Source of the DNA: Candidatus Parcubacteria bacterium
Lineage (GTDB): Bacteria; Patescibacteriota; Patescibacteriia; Patescibacteriales; BM507
Length of the DNA stretch: 64,000 nt
Assembly: GCA_002869265.1 (NCBI GenBank)
Contig: PKTH01000036.1
Span: 50,224-114,223 of the forward strand
Direction of reading: 5' to 3'
The notes below the pieces were generated by a model. The model made no database searches and had not been told where the DNA came from. It was given only the letters and a program-made list of their open reading frames with translations. How positions within the stretch are numbered: the stretch's first letter is position 1; every line of letters begins with the position of its first letter. The position numbers were made by a program, and so were the translations under genes. Shown here piece by piece: positions 29,879 to 40,954 of the stretch.

Positions 29879-30304
29879 ATGACAAGATTAGTAAGATGGT
29901 CACCATTCTTCGATGGATTCGAAGATTTCGATGAACTATTTCCCTCAGTTAGAGGAGACAAGTCTGGTTTTGTCCCAGCGGTTGATATGTATCAAGATGA
30001 AAAGAATGTTATTGTTGAGGCTCAAATGGCCGGAATCGATCCAGAGGATGTTAGTATCTCAATTGAAAATGATGTTCTTGTGATAAAAGGCGAAAGTGAA
30101 AAAACCAGCGAAGTTGATGACAAAAACTATTATAAAAAAGAAATAAAAAGAGGTAGTTTTTTCAGAAGCATTCCTCTGCCAACAAAAGTTGATGGAGAGA
30201 AGGCTGATGCAGAGACTTGTGATGGAGTTCTAAAAATAGTTATTCCAAAAATAAGTGAAGTGAAATCAAAAACAATTAAAATAAAAAATAAGAATAAAAA
30301 ATAA
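29879..30304 (+). CDS. Hsp20/alpha-crystallin small heat-shock protein
   Basis: PAVDM, GSFFRSIPLP, DGVLKIVIPK. Confidence 0.95.
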   Translation: MTRLVRWSPFFDGFEDFDELFPSVRGDKSGFVPAVDMYQDEKNVIVEAQMAGIDPEDVSISIENDVLVIKGESEKTSEVDDKNYYKKEIKRGSFFRSIPLPTKVDGEKADAETCDGVLKIVIPKISEVKSKTIKIKNKNKK

Positions 30305-30325
30305 TTAATCTAATAACTTAAGTAT

Positions 30326-31186
30326 ATGGATGGACTTAACCCAGTAAAAAAGAGTGCGAGCAAAAACCCCGCGCAAAAAAAGGTGAGTAAATCTGTAGGA
30401 AAGAGTATGCCCCAAAAAAATAGTTTATTGAGCAATATCCTTGCCGTTGTTATAACAGCAGTCATAGTTGGCGGAGCAATTTATGTCTGGCAAGACAGAT
30501 CAAACGATGAAAGACTTAGTGAGATTGAGAGAAATGCCAAAAACGTAAGAGATGGCTATGATAGAAGCCTGAAAAACCTTGAAAACGAAAACAGAAAAGC
30601 ATCTGAAGAGGTTGATAAACTCTTACAAGAGAAAGAGGACTTAGAGTCAAAGGTTAAGTTGGTTGAAGGAGCTGTTAAGAAGTATGAAAACGAGGAATTG
30701 GGAATAACATTCTCTTACCCTGCGATCCTCGGTAATCTCATTTACGAAAAAAAAGCAGGACAAGCTGGAGAGAAATTTATTGCAAGATTTGATAATAACC
30801 CAAGCTTTGTCATGGCTGGAGTGAGTGAAGACTATATTGATTCAGAAAACTCAACAAGCACAGAAACAAACTTCGAAGATTTTATAAGAATTGATAAGAA
30901 CAGAGATGAATATAGTTATTTAGTGCGTTACATGGGAGAAACAGTGGAATACGCGCTTGAGCCGCTTGAAGTGATAGATTTTTCAGACGGTGAGGCTCTA
31001 TTGGTTGATAAGAACTCTTTCTTAGGCGAACCCGGGACTGCAGCGATTGGTATCGGTGAGAACTTGGGAGCGCTTATCAGCACAGACAAAGAGGGCTTTT
31101 CAGGAATCGCAATGTTAAATTCTGATTTTGGAAGACTTTCTCCAGAATCGTTCAAGGAATTATTAAAAAGTATAGAAATTAAATAA
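30326..31186 (+). CDS. Single-TM coiled-coil hypothetical protein
   Basis: Basic N-terminus, TM, coiled coil, Y.N..LG..F.YP-type C-terminal domain. Confidence 0.8.
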   Translation: MDGLNPVKKSASKNPAQKKVSKSVGKSMPQKNSLLSNILAVVITAVIVGGAIYVWQDRSNDERLSEIERNAKNVRDGYDRSLKNLENENRKASEEVDKLLQEKEDLESKVKLVEGAVKKYENEELGITFSYPAILGNLIYEKKAGQAGEKFIARFDNNPSFVMAGVSEDYIDSENSTSTETNFEDFIRIDKNRDEYSYLVRYMGETVEYALEPLEVIDFSDGEALLVDKNSFLGEPGTAAIGIGENLGALISTDKEGFSGIAMLNSDFGRLSPESFKELLKSIEIK

Positions 31187-31225
31187 ATAAAATAATTAAG
31201 TATCGTTTAACGATAAAAAAACAGT

Positions 31226-33148
31226 ATGGGAAAAATATTAGGAATTGATTTGGGGACCACAAATTCTGCGATGGCAATCATCGAAGGTGGTCAGCCAAAA
31301 ATCTTAGAAAATGCTGAAGGAAATAGAACAACTCCTTCAATTATTGCAGTTTCTAAGAACAACGAAAGACTGGTTGGTCAAACTGCAAAAAGACAGGCAG
31401 TTACCAACCCAGCAAATACACTTTATGCAATCAAAAGATTGATTGGGAGAAAGTTTGAAGATGAAGAAGTTCAAAGAGACTTGAACACCTCTCCTTTTGA
31501 GATTGTCAAAGCAAATGGCGGGGTAAAAATAAAAATGGGAGATAAGGAATATACCCCCCAAGAAATATCAGCCATGACTCTTGGAAAACTAAAAGCTGAT
31601 GCAGAGGCAAAAATTGGTGAAAAAATCACTGAAGCAGTAGTAACAGTGCCTGCTTATTTTAATGATGCTCAAAGACAAGCCACAAAAGACGCTGGTAAAA
31701 TCGCAGGGCTAGATATTAAGAGAATTATCAACGAACCAACCGCCGCAGCCTTGGCTTATGGATTTGATAAGAAAAAAGGTCAGCAAATCGCTGTATACGA
31801 TCTTGGTGGAGGAACATTTGATATCTCTATCTTAGATGTTTCTGAGGACACAGTTGAAGTTAAATCAACAAATGGAGATACTCATCTTGGTGGTGAAGAT
31901 TTTGATCAAAGAATAATTAAATGGATTATTGAAGAATTTAAAAAGGATCAGGGAATTGACTTATCAAAAGATCCTCTTTCTCTCCAAAGAATTAAAGAAG
32001 CAGCCGAGAAAGCTAAAATTGAGCTTTCAACAACAATGGAGACAGAGATAAATCAACCATTTATCACAACTGATAATAATGGGCCAAAGCACTTGGTTCT
32101 AAAAATGACTAGAGCAAAACTTGAAGAATTGGTTGGAGACCTAATCGAGAAAACATTAGAGCCTTGCAAAAAAGCATTGGAAGATGCTGGTATGAAAACT
32201 TCTGATATTGAAGAGGTTATTATGGTTGGAGGAATGACTAGAATGCCTATGGTTCAAGCCAAAGTTAAGGAATATTTCGGGAAAGAACCACATCTTGGTG
32301 TAAATCCAGACGAAGTAGTTGCTCTGGGAGCGGCTGTGCAGGCTGGCGTACTTCAAGGAGATGTTAAAGATGTTCTTCTTCTGGACGTTACCCCGCTTAC
32401 CCTTGGAATTGAAACACTCGGTGGTGTAGCTACTCCATTAATCGAAAGAAATACAACAATCCCAGCTTCAAAAGCTCAAACTTTTTCAACTGCAGCAGAT
32501 AATCAAGCAAGCGTTGAGATTAACGTAGTTCAGGGAGAGAGACCAATGGCAGCAGATAATAAGAGTTTGGGTAGATTTATGTTAGATGGTATTCCACCGG
32601 CACCAAGAGGTGTTCCTCAGGTTGAAGTAAAATTTGATATTGACGCTAATGGTATTTTGAATGTTTCAGCTGTAGACAAGGCAACAAACAAAGAACAAAA
32701 AATTACCATTACAGCTTCATCGGGTCTATCTGAAGAAGAAGTTGAGAAAATGAAAAAAGAGGCAGAAATGCATGCTGACGAAGACAAGAAAAAGAAAGAG
32801 ACAATTGAAACAAAGAATCATGCTGATGCTGTTGTTTTTCAAACCGAAAAACTTATTCAAGAGTCTGGAGAAAAAATGAAAGAAGAGGATAAGAAGGAAT
32901 TAGAAGAAAAGCTAGAGGAATTGAAAAAAGTAAAAGACTCTGATGATACTGAAGATATTAAAGCTAAAATGGAAGCTCTAAATCAAATTGCTCAAAAAAT
33001 TGGAGCCGCTATGTATCAGCAACCAGGACAAGAGACCGCTGGAGCTGAAGCGGGTGCTGAATCAGGAGAGGAGAAAAAAGAAGAAGGGCCAGTTGAAGGA
33101 GAATTTGAGGAAGGATCTTCCGATGATTCTAGTAAAGAAAAGAAATAG
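31226..33148 (+). CDS. dnaK: Chaperone DnaK
   Basis: [43 protein letters not shown]. Confidence 0.99.
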   Translation: MGKILGIDLGTTNSAMAIIEGGQPKILENAEGNRTTPSIIAVSKNNERLVGQTAKRQAVTNPANTLYAIKRLIGRKFEDEEVQRDLNTSPFEIVKANGGVKIKMGDKEYTPQEISAMTLGKLKADAEAKIGEKITEAVVTVPAYFNDAQRQATKDAGKIAGLDIKRIINEPTAAALAYGFDKKKGQQIAVYDLGGGTFDISILDVSEDTVEVKSTNGDTHLGGEDFDQRIIKWIIEEFKKDQGIDLSKDPLSLQRIKEAAEKAKIELSTTMETEINQPFITTDNNGPKHLVLKMTRAKLEELVGDLIEKTLEPCKKALEDAGMKTSDIEEVIMVGGMTRMPMVQAKVKEYFGKEPHLGVNPDEVVALGAAVQAGVLQGDVKDVLLLDVTPLTLGIETLGGVATPLIERNTTIPASKAQTFSTAADNQASVEINVVQGERPMAADNKSLGRFMLDGIPPAPRGVPQVEVKFDIDANGILNVSAVDKATNKEQKITITASSGLSEEEVEKMKKEAEMHADEDKKKKETIETKNHADAVVFQTEKLIQESGEKMKEEDKKELEEKLEELKKVKDSDDTEDIKAKMEALNQIAQKIGAAMYQQPGQETAGAEAGAESGEEKKEEGPVEGEFEEGSSDDSSKEKK

Positions 33149-33217
33149 TATTTTTATAGGTTACCTCTTTTTATAAAAGGGGTAACTACTTAAAAATATA
33201 ATAAACTAAAGTCAAAT

Positions 33218-33514
33218 ATGTCTAATCAAAAAAAACAAGTCAAAAAAGAGATTAAAATTGCTGATAATATACCAGGAGCAGAATACGCCAATGCTATGCA
33301 GGTAAACCATACAAAAGATGAATTTCAGATGATGTTTCTAAATATTTTTGGAGCAAGCGGAAGAGTTACTAATAAGATTATTTCTAGCCCGGGTCATGTT
33401 AAAAAAATGGTGCTAGCTCTAACAGAAAATATTAAGAAGTATGAAGATAATCATGGAAAGATCGAGGAAGCTGAGATTGGTGGTAATGAAATTGGCTTTA
33501 AAGAAAATAAATAA
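33218..33514 (+). CDS. DUF3467-like small protein
   Basis: YAN...V.HT.DEF...F, II.SP.H.K....L.ENI..YE..HG.I pattern. Confidence 0.8.
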   Translation: MSNQKKQVKKEIKIADNIPGAEYANAMQVNHTKDEFQMMFLNIFGASGRVTNKIISSPGHVKKMVLALTENIKKYEDNHGKIEEAEIGGNEIGFKENK

Positions 33515-34573
33515 ATGGGAAAAGACTACTATAAAATATTAGGCGTTGAAAAAAACGCTAATGCTGATGAGCTTAAAAAAGCCTTTAGAAAAAAAGCACA
33601 TGAGTATCACCCTGATAAAAAAACTGGTGACGAAGCTAAATTTAAGGAAATAAACGAGGCTTATCAGGTTCTTAGTGATCCTAAAAAAAGATCACAATAT
33701 GATCAATTTGGATCAAATTTTCAAAATGGCCAAGCTGGTGGTGCCGGGTTTGGAGGTTTTGACGGTATGAACATAAATATGGATGACCTGGGAGACATGT
33801 TTGGTGGTTTTGGTGATATTTTTGGATTCGGGGGTGGCGGAAGATCAAGGTCAAAGAGGGGGGCTGATATTGAAACGAATATAAATATTAATTTCAATGA
33901 GGCTGTTTTTGGCACGGAAAAAGAAATAAGCATTAGAAAAAAAACCAAATGTGATAGGTGCGATGGAGTTGGCGCTGAGCCTGGAACAGATGTAAAAACA
34001 TGTACTACCTGTAACGGGGCTGGAAGGGTTAGCCGTGTTCAACAAACCATCCTTGGTTCCATTCAAACTCAAACAACTTGCCCAGCTTGCCATGGAGAAG
34101 GCAAGGAATTTTCTAATAAATGCACTAAGTGTTCAGGGCATGGAATTTCTCTTGAGAATGTTAAACTGAAAATAAAAATACCTGCAGGAATTGATAATGG
34201 TGAGGCTCTTAGAATGCCTGCCAATGGAGAGGCCGGGGAGAAAGGAGCGCCAGCCGGTGATTTGTATATAAGGGTAAATGTTGAACCAGATAAAAGATTT
34301 GTGCGTGATGGGGTAGATATTGTATCAAAGCTTAATATTAGTTTTACTCAGGCAGTTTTAGGTGATAAAATAAATGTAGAAACCGTTGATGGGCCGGTGA
34401 AGCTTAAAATACCTGAAGGGACTCAAACAGGAACAATATTTAAAATGAGGGGACGAGGAGTTAGTAAATTAAATGGAAGGGGTCGTGGAGATCACTTAGT
34501 TCATGTGAACATACTGACACCTAAAAACCTTGATAAAAAAACAAAAAAAGCATTACAAGACTTAAATATTTAA
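33515..34573 (+). CDS. dnaJ: Chaperone DnaJ
   Basis: DYY.ILGV, HPD, G/F region, four CxxCxGxG repeats. Confidence 0.98.
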   Translation: MGKDYYKILGVEKNANADELKKAFRKKAHEYHPDKKTGDEAKFKEINEAYQVLSDPKKRSQYDQFGSNFQNGQAGGAGFGGFDGMNINMDDLGDMFGGFGDIFGFGGGGRSRSKRGADIETNININFNEAVFGTEKEISIRKKTKCDRCDGVGAEPGTDVKTCTTCNGAGRVSRVQQTILGSIQTQTTCPACHGEGKEFSNKCTKCSGHGISLENVKLKIKIPAGIDNGEALRMPANGEAGEKGAPAGDLYIRVNVEPDKRFVRDGVDIVSKLNISFTQAVLGDKINVETVDGPVKLKIPEGTQTGTIFKMRGRGVSKLNGRGRGDHLVHVNILTPKNLDKKTKKALQDLNI

Positions 34574-34582
34574 CGTAATTTT

Positions 34583-35041
34583 ATGATAAATGAAGGAAGC
34601 TTTGGGGAAAACAAAGAAAAAAACTTTGAGATAATGCTTGATGGAATTATAGATGGTGTAAAAAATGAAGAAGTTTTTTTGAATCAAATAAAAAATGGAG
34701 AAAAGTTGGGGATGGATTTTGTTATGAATGTTATTCAAAGGCTAGATAGAGAGACGGGACAAGATTCTAGTATGAATCCTGAAATCGAAGAATATTACAA
34801 AAAAATAGTAAAGAGAATAAGAGAACGTATTGGCAGTGATGGCTTTTTTATGTCAACGGAAGAGTCGAAAGAAAGCAAGGAGAAAAGTGAGACGAAAGAG
34901 TTAGAAAACGATCCCCAAGAGAAGAGAAAGGTGGGCATTGAGAACAGTGCTGAGAAAGAGCTTACAGAAGAACAAGAAGCAGATATAAAGACAAAGCTAG
35001 AAAACACTGATCCTAAAACCTGGGGGAAAGATGAAAGCTAA
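34583..35041 (+). CDS. Acidic hypothetical protein
   Basis: 152 aa ORF directly after dnaJ, E/K-rich. Confidence 0.65.
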   Translation: MINEGSFGENKEKNFEIMLDGIIDGVKNEEVFLNQIKNGEKLGMDFVMNVIQRLDRETGQDSSMNPEIEEYYKKIVKRIRERIGSDGFFMSTEESKESKEKSETKELENDPQEKRKVGIENSAEKELTEEQEADIKTKLENTDPKTWGKDES

Positions 35042-35169
35042 TATCACTTCAAAAGTTATGTAACAAACTTGGCTAACTGTCAATATTGAAGCAAAATCAT
35101 TCATTTATTATAATGTGTATATAACTAATAAATAAACTACATTTTTTGTAGTTTTATTTTTGAAAACCC

Positions 35170-36099
35170 ATGATTGAAGTAAAAAATCTAAGCAAAAAGT
35201 TTGGTTCAACCAAGGTTTTGGATGACATCAACTTTTCTGTGGAAAAAGGAGAAATCCTAGGTTTTCTTGGTCCGAATGGAGCAGGAAAGTCCACAACAAT
35301 GAAAATCATCACTTCTTTTTGGGCAGGTAGTGATGGAACCGTCCATATTGACGGTAAAAATGTTGCCAATCAGTCACTTTTGACTAGAGAAAAAATTGGC
35401 TATTTGCCCGAGAATGTCCCTCTTTATGATGAAATGAGGGTTTTTGAATACTTAAAGTTTATTGCAGAAGTTAGGGGTATAGGCAAAGATGAACAAAAAA
35501 AGGCTATCACTAAAGCCTCAGAAGCCTGTGGCCTTTCAAAAGTTCTCAGAAAACCTATTGATGAACTTTCAAAATGTTATAAACAAAGAGTTGGCTTGGC
35601 TCAAGCAATAATACATGAGCCGGATATTTTGATTTTAGATGAGCCGACAACCGGTCTTGATCCAAATCAAATCGCTGAGATTAGAGATCTGATCAAGAAG
35701 ATCGGCAAAGAGAAAACGGTTATTTTTTCTACCCACATTCTAAGTGAGGTATCAGCTACTTGCGACAGAGTGATTATTATTAATGAGGGTAAAATAGTCG
35801 GTGAAGGAAAACCGGAAGAACTGATGAATAAATCTTCGCACAAAGAATTGGTATATATAAAAATAAAAGCAGACAAAGAAGCGGCTCTTAAGCGTTTGAA
35901 AGAACTTGAGAATGTCGAGAATGTTGAAGTGAAAGATAAGGAAGCTTCAAACATTTATGGATATTCTATAGAGCCAAAAAAAGGTGTAGATATTCGAGAA
36001 TATTTATCAATCGCAGTTACTCAGCAAGGTTGGCCAATTTTAGAACTCAGAAGAAAGAAAACTAGCCTTGAAGACGTCTTTAGAGAATTAACTAAATAA
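35170..36099 (+). CDS. ABC ATPase, GldA-like
   Basis: GPNGAGKST, ILDEPTTGLDPNQ, STHIL; signature reads LSKCY. Confidence 0.93.
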   Translation: MIEVKNLSKKFGSTKVLDDINFSVEKGEILGFLGPNGAGKSTTMKIITSFWAGSDGTVHIDGKNVANQSLLTREKIGYLPENVPLYDEMRVFEYLKFIAEVRGIGKDEQKKAITKASEACGLSKVLRKPIDELSKCYKQRVGLAQAIIHEPDILILDEPTTGLDPNQIAEIRDLIKKIGKEKTVIFSTHILSEVSATCDRVIIINEGKIVGEGKPEELMNKSSHKELVYIKIKADKEAALKRLKELENVENVEVKDKEASNIYGYSIEPKKGVDIREYLSIAVTQQGWPILELRRKKTSLEDVFRELTK

Positions 36100-36103
36100 A
36101 AAT

Positions 36104-36835
36104 ATGGATAAAAATTATATAAAGATAATCTATTCACTTTTCAAGAAAGAGCTGATGTCTTACTTTAACTCTCCGATAGCCTATATTTTTATTGGAGTTT
36201 TTCTAGTTGTTGGTAATTGGCTTTTCTTTAAGTGGTTTTTTCTGATTGGACAGGCTAGCATGAGAAATTATTTTTCATTGCTTCCTTGGATTTTTCTATT
36301 TTTAGCACCAGCACTTACTATGCGCTTGTGGGCAGAAGAGAAAAGGAGTGGAACAATAGAGTTTTTACTGACTCTTCCGGTGACAGACTGGCAGGTGGTT
36401 CTGTCTAAGTTCTTGGGAGCTTTGAGTTTCTTATTTATCGCTCTTTTAATGACATTTACCCTCCCTATTTCAGTTCTTTCTCTTGGAAATGCAGATTTTG
36501 GTCCTATCTTCGGTTCATATTTGGGGGCATTATTCTTGGGCGGGTCTTACCTGGCTCTAGGCTTATTTATTTCCAGTGTAACCAAGAACCAGATTATCGC
36601 TTTTATTCTAGGGGTTATGGCTTGTTTTGCCTTCTTTATGATTGGCGCTGATTTTGTTTTAGCTGGGGCACCCGCATCAGTAGCACCAATAATGAAATTT
36701 TTAGGCTTAGGCAGTCACTTCAATAGTATTGCAAAGGGTGTGATTGATTCGAAAGACGTAGTTTACTACATTTCATTTATATTTATCTTCTTATGGCTTA
36801 ATGCTCGAGTTATTGAGAGCAGAAGTTGGAAATAA
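36104..36835 (+). CDS. ABC-2 permease, GldF-like
   Basis: KELMSYFNSPIAY, TMRLWAEEKRSGTIE.LLTLP, TKNQI.A. Confidence 0.9.
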   Translation: MDKNYIKIIYSLFKKELMSYFNSPIAYIFIGVFLVVGNWLFFKWFFLIGQASMRNYFSLLPWIFLFLAPALTMRLWAEEKRSGTIEFLLTLPVTDWQVVLSKFLGALSFLFIALLMTFTLPISVLSLGNADFGPIFGSYLGALFLGGSYLALGLFISSVTKNQIIAFILGVMACFAFFMIGADFVLAGAPASVAPIMKFLGLGSHFNSIAKGVIDSKDVVYYISFIFIFLWLNARVIESRSWK

Positions 36836-36846
36836 TAAACAAAAAT

Positions 36847-38370
36847 ATGAAAATGATCAAACAAAGTAGAGAAACATATATTGCTTTATTATTTATAATC
36901 GGCATTATAATTTTAGTAAATTTTTTCTCTTATAAATTATTCTTAAGACTGGATTTAACTCAAAATAAAGAGTTTTCAGTCTCAGGAGTGACAAAAAATA
37001 CTCTAAAGAACTTAGACGATATTGTGAATATTAAAGTATATTTTTCAAAGTCCTTGCCAAGTCAATTTATTTCTCTTAGGGAAAACGTTGGTGACATATT
37101 GGACGGGTATACTAATTATTCAAGTGGTAATATAAAGGTGTCATTTGTCGATCCGTCAGATGATGATAATTTGGCCAGCAGCCTTTATATGAAGGGTATC
37201 CCTGAATTGCAGTTTGAGGTTTTTGAAAAAGATCAAATGCAATTAGTGAAAGGTTATATGGGTATCTTGATAGAATATGGTGATGCATTCGAGGCTCTTC
37301 CTGTGGTTCAGGATACAAAAAGTCTTGAATATCAAATAACCCTAGCTATAAAGAAGCTTAGCTCAGGTGAACTGAGAAAGATTGGTTTGTTTAATGGGTA
37401 TTCAGCTCTTAGTAGAGATGAAATGGGTGAAGCAATTTCAAAGCTTGAAGAATTATACGAAGTTGTTGATGTGGATTTGGCTGGAGTTGAGGTGGTAGAC
37501 AAAACTCTTGAAACCTTGATTATCGCTGGTCCTAAAGAGCTTATCTCAGAAGAAGATCTTAAAAAAATAGATGAATATGTAAATACTGGTGGGAATTTAT
37601 TGGTATTGGACGAAGGTATTGCTATCACAGAGGGTCTTCAGGCCAGTACAAAGGATGATGGTTTGAGTAGCTTGTTAGCCTCATACGGAATTACTATAAA
37701 TAAAGATATGGTTTTGGAGACAAAAGCAAACTCAGGAGTCGCTTCCTTCAATCAAGGATTTTTTACTTTTCAGACAAATTATCCATACTGGCCTAAAATA
37801 TCCAAGGCAGGTTTTGATCAAGATAACTCAGCGGTTTCAAAATTAGAAAACGTTGTCTTTCCTTGGGCCTCTAGTATAGATATCAATGAAGATAAATTGG
37901 GGGATAACTTTACTGTTTCTTATATTGCTCAAAGTTCGGATAAGTCTTGGAAGAAAACGGAGTCATTTGATTTAAACCCTCAGCAATTATTTGGTCCTGG
38001 TAAAACAGAGGTGAGCACCTTAGCTGTGGATGTTAACGCAAAATTTCAAAGTCCCTATGGTCTTGAATCAAATAATTTTTCTAGAGTTTTGGTTGTAGGT
38101 GATTCAGATTTTGTCTCTGGGAATTTAGTGGGACTTACAGACAATCTAGTATTTTTCCAAAACATAACCGATAGCTTGTCTCTAGACAGCGATTTAATAG
38201 AGGTTAGGTCAAAAGGAATAACAAGCAGGCCAATCACCACTGATATTAGTGATGGACAAAAATCTTTAATTAGGTATTTGAATGTTTTTGGTGTAACAGT
38301 CTTGGTTATAGTTTTTGGTCTTGCTAGGTATTATTTTAGGAAGAAGTCAAACTTTGTAGACGAATTATAA
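36847..38370 (+). CDS. GldG-like ABC auxiliary component
   Basis: RLDLTQNK.FS.S..T, VDP, LIIAGP, GGNLL, VVGDSDF; N- and C-terminal TMs. Confidence 0.88.
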   Translation: MKMIKQSRETYIALLFIIGIIILVNFFSYKLFLRLDLTQNKEFSVSGVTKNTLKNLDDIVNIKVYFSKSLPSQFISLRENVGDILDGYTNYSSGNIKVSFVDPSDDDNLASSLYMKGIPELQFEVFEKDQMQLVKGYMGILIEYGDAFEALPVVQDTKSLEYQITLAIKKLSSGELRKIGLFNGYSALSRDEMGEAISKLEELYEVVDVDLAGVEVVDKTLETLIIAGPKELISEEDLKKIDEYVNTGGNLLVLDEGIAITEGLQASTKDDGLSSLLASYGITINKDMVLETKANSGVASFNQGFFTFQTNYPYWPKISKAGFDQDNSAVSKLENVVFPWASSIDINEDKLGDNFTVSYIAQSSDKSWKKTESFDLNPQQLFGPGKTEVSTLAVDVNAKFQSPYGLESNNFSRVLVVGDSDFVSGNLVGLTDNLVFFQNITDSLSLDSDLIEVRSKGITSRPITTDISDGQKSLIRYLNVFGVTVLVIVFGLARYYFRKKSNFVDEL

Positions 38371-38383
38371 ATAAAACATAAAT

Positions 38384-39295
38384 ATGAGAAAAGAAAATCT
38401 AATTTTAGGAGGGGTATTTTTAGTGTTACTTCTCTTGGCCTTTGTTTTCGAGCCCTTAATGGACTGGAAAAATAGCCTAGGAGGACCTGATAATTTTTTC
38501 GAAGATGTAAATTTCGAAGATGTAACTAAAATCAACATCGAAAAGAACAGTGAAAAAATTTCTCTTGAAAGACAGGGAGATAAATGGAAAATTGGTGGTA
38601 CAAAAGACTTTTTTGTACGTGATACTGATGAAATTTTCGTTTCTTATGTTGAGGAGGCGATTGATGCAGATTTTGAACTAGCGGGTAATAATATTGATAA
38701 AAAGTCAGAATTTGAAACCGATAACAGTGGTGCTCGTGTTTCTTTTGAAGAAGATGGAGAACTTATTGTTGATTTTATTGTAGGAAAAATGACAAGCGAC
38801 TTTTCTGGGTCATATGTTTCATTGCCAGATTCAAGTGAGACCTATAAGGTGGCTGCTAACTTGAGTTACGCTTTTAATAAAGATGTAAATACCTGGTATG
38901 ATCTTATGATTTTCTCAGATGATGCGGAGAATGTAAATAAAATAAGATTTCAATACCCAAATAGTGAATTTACTGTAGAAAAAATTGATGATGTCTGGTC
39001 GGGAACTCTTCCTTATTCATTTAGTGTTAGTGAAGAAAAAATTCAAAGTATTTTAGAAATTATGACTTCATTAAATGCCAGCAACATCCCAGCACAAACA
39101 TTCGAGGGGACCGGATTAGAAAAACATTTAATCATTATTGAAGCGAGTGGTGATGAAGTTCAGAATGTTTTGATGATTGGAGATGCAAACGAAAATGGAG
39201 AATTCTTTACTAAAAAAGGCAACAGCGACAATATATATTTGATTAGCCCGGAAACCAAGGAAACGCTTGATACAAGAATAAGATATCTAAGATAA
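38384..39295 (+). CDS. DUF4340-like membrane-anchored protein
   Basis: N-terminal TM, two repeated domains, usual position after gldG. Confidence 0.75.
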   Translation: MRKENLILGGVFLVLLLLAFVFEPLMDWKNSLGGPDNFFEDVNFEDVTKINIEKNSEKISLERQGDKWKIGGTKDFFVRDTDEIFVSYVEEAIDADFELAGNNIDKKSEFETDNSGARVSFEEDGELIVDFIVGKMTSDFSGSYVSLPDSSETYKVAANLSYAFNKDVNTWYDLMIFSDDAENVNKIRFQYPNSEFTVEKIDDVWSGTLPYSFSVSEEKIQSILEIMTSLNASNIPAQTFEGTGLEKHLIIIEASGDEVQNVLMIGDANENGEFFTKKGNSDNIYLISPETKETLDTRIRYLR

Positions 39296-39317
39296 CAACA
39301 AACCCCAGGAGGATGAA

Positions 39318-39545
39318 ATGGAAAAGTTTATATTGTATTATTCAGAGCTCTTTAAGATTGACTATTTTCTTACTCGGAATTTGATATTTTTACTATTCGT
39401 TGTTTTTGCTCTTTTCTTGTTATATATTTTCTTGCTAATTTTTGATTGGAGATTTATGAAACGCTTAAAGAAAGCTCAAGAGAAAAGAAGTAAAGAAAAC
39501 GTTAAAGAGGCTGTAATGAGGGTATCGAGTGGTGATTCATGCTAA
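39318..39545 (+). CDS. Small single-TM hypothetical protein
   Basis: SD AGGAGG; one TM with a basic tail. Confidence 0.6.
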   Translation: MEKFILYYSELFKIDYFLTRNLIFLLFVVFALFLLYIFLLIFDWRFMKRLKKAQEKRSKENVKEAVMRVSSGDSC

Positions 39546-39549
39546 GCTT

Positions 39550-39581
39550 AATGAGCAGATTTAAAATCTGCTCATTTTTTT
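39550..39581 (+). terminator. Intrinsic terminator
   Basis: AATGAGCAGATTT/AAATCTGCTCATT followed by a T run. Confidence 0.85.
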
Positions 39582-39632
39582 ATAATTTTAATGTATATTG
39601 TGGTATAATATTATAAATAATCATTCAAAAAC

Positions 39633-40625
39633 ATGAATAACTTAAAAATTATTACTATTGGTGGGAGCACAGAGGATATTTCGGTTTTTACAGAGGAGGG
39701 AGTATTAATTGACAACAAAGAGGATATTTTAAGACAGAATCTTTTAGCGTTCGAGTTTGGAGCTAAGGTTAAGGTAAACAAATCGAAATCTAGCTTTGGA
39801 GGAGGCGCCGCCAATGCCGCAGCTTGTCTGTCCTCCCTTGGTTTTAATGTGTCGATCTTAACAGCAGTTGGGAGTGATGACAGGGGAGTACGTATAGTTA
39901 AAAACCTTAAGGACTTTGGGGTTAAGTCTAAATTAATTAAAAAAATTCCTGGTGAAAGTAGTTTTTCTTTTATTTTGGTTGGACCAGAAAATGAACATAT
40001 TGTTTTTTCTGATAGGGCAGCAAATAATCATTTGAGAATAGAGGATAATGACCTGAGATTAATTAGTTCAGCTTCCTGGCTCTATGTCTCGTCACTTTCA
40101 GGATCTTGGCAAGACGTTTTAAATAAAATATCTTCGACCAATAAAGCAAAAATAGTTTGGAACCCCGGGGGAGTTCAGCTTAAGGCAGGAATAAAAGTTT
40201 TGAAAAAATATTTAGAGAGAACCTATGTTTTGAGCCTGAATAAGGATGAGGCAATCGAGTTAGTTTTATCTAACGAATATTATAGAGGAAAAGATCATAA
40301 ATTTTTGAATAATACAAAAAATCTCTTACATGTATTAAAAGAATGGGGCCCTCAAATAGTTGTTATTACAAAAGGGCAAAATGGAGCAGAAGTGTATGAC
40401 GGAACTAATTATTATTCCGAAAAGGCCATAAAAGCAAAAAGAACAAGCGACACAACAGGCGTTGGAGATGCCTTTGCATCAACCTTTCTCGCTGGATTGG
40501 TTTTATATAAAGATGATATTAAAAAGGCCCTGAAATTAGCTATGTATAATGCTGCTTCAGTTATTGAAATGGAGGGAGCCCAACGAGGCTATTTAACTAA
40601 GAAGAAAATTCCTAAAAATTTATGA
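39633..40625 (+). CDS. PfkB family carbohydrate kinase
   Basis: GGGAANAA, WNPG, LN.DEA, ITKG..GA, DTTGVGDAF. Confidence 0.93.
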   Translation: MNNLKIITIGGSTEDISVFTEEGVLIDNKEDILRQNLLAFEFGAKVKVNKSKSSFGGGAANAAACLSSLGFNVSILTAVGSDDRGVRIVKNLKDFGVKSKLIKKIPGESSFSFILVGPENEHIVFSDRAANNHLRIEDNDLRLISSASWLYVSSLSGSWQDVLNKISSTNKAKIVWNPGGVQLKAGIKVLKKYLERTYVLSLNKDEAIELVLSNEYYRGKDHKFLNNTKNLLHVLKEWGPQIVVITKGQNGAEVYDGTNYYSEKAIKAKRTSDTTGVGDAFASTFLAGLVLYKDDIKKALKLAMYNAASVIEMEGAQRGYLTKKKIPKNL

Positions 40626-40951
40626 AAGCACTGATGTTATTATTTAAAACAGGACTTTTTCTTATTTTTTATCTATCCTTAGTTTTTGGATTGTTCTTTT
40701 TGGGGAATATGAAAGTAGTGCCTTGTGAAGTTAGTTGCGAAGGCGGTCACAGTATTAGTGTTGATGGGCTTTGTTCTCTATACAATCCCAACATAAATCC
40801 ATTTTGCCACATCGAGTCTACTTTTGTAGATCATTCCAGTGGTACTTATTTGTTTATTTGGGTAATTTTTATAACTATATTCCCATTTTATTTAAGCAGA
40901 AAAATCGTTCCGGTTATTTATTATAAAATTACAAAAAGAAAATTTAATTAA
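40622..40951 (+). CDS. Two-TM hypothetical protein with a 4-Cys loop
   Basis: ATGA overlap with pfkB; TM-loop-TM. Confidence 0.65.
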   Translation: MKALMLLFKTGLFLIFYLSLVFGLFFLGNMKVVPCEVSCEGGHSISVDGLCSLYNPNINPFCHIESTFVDHSSGTYLFIWVIFITIFPFYLSRKIVPVIYYKITKRKFN

Positions 40952-40954
40952 TTT

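Noticed and set aside
35059-35084. TGTAAC upstream of the GldA-like gene as a second ECF promoter
   Set aside because: No CGT-type -10 at 16-17 nt spacing
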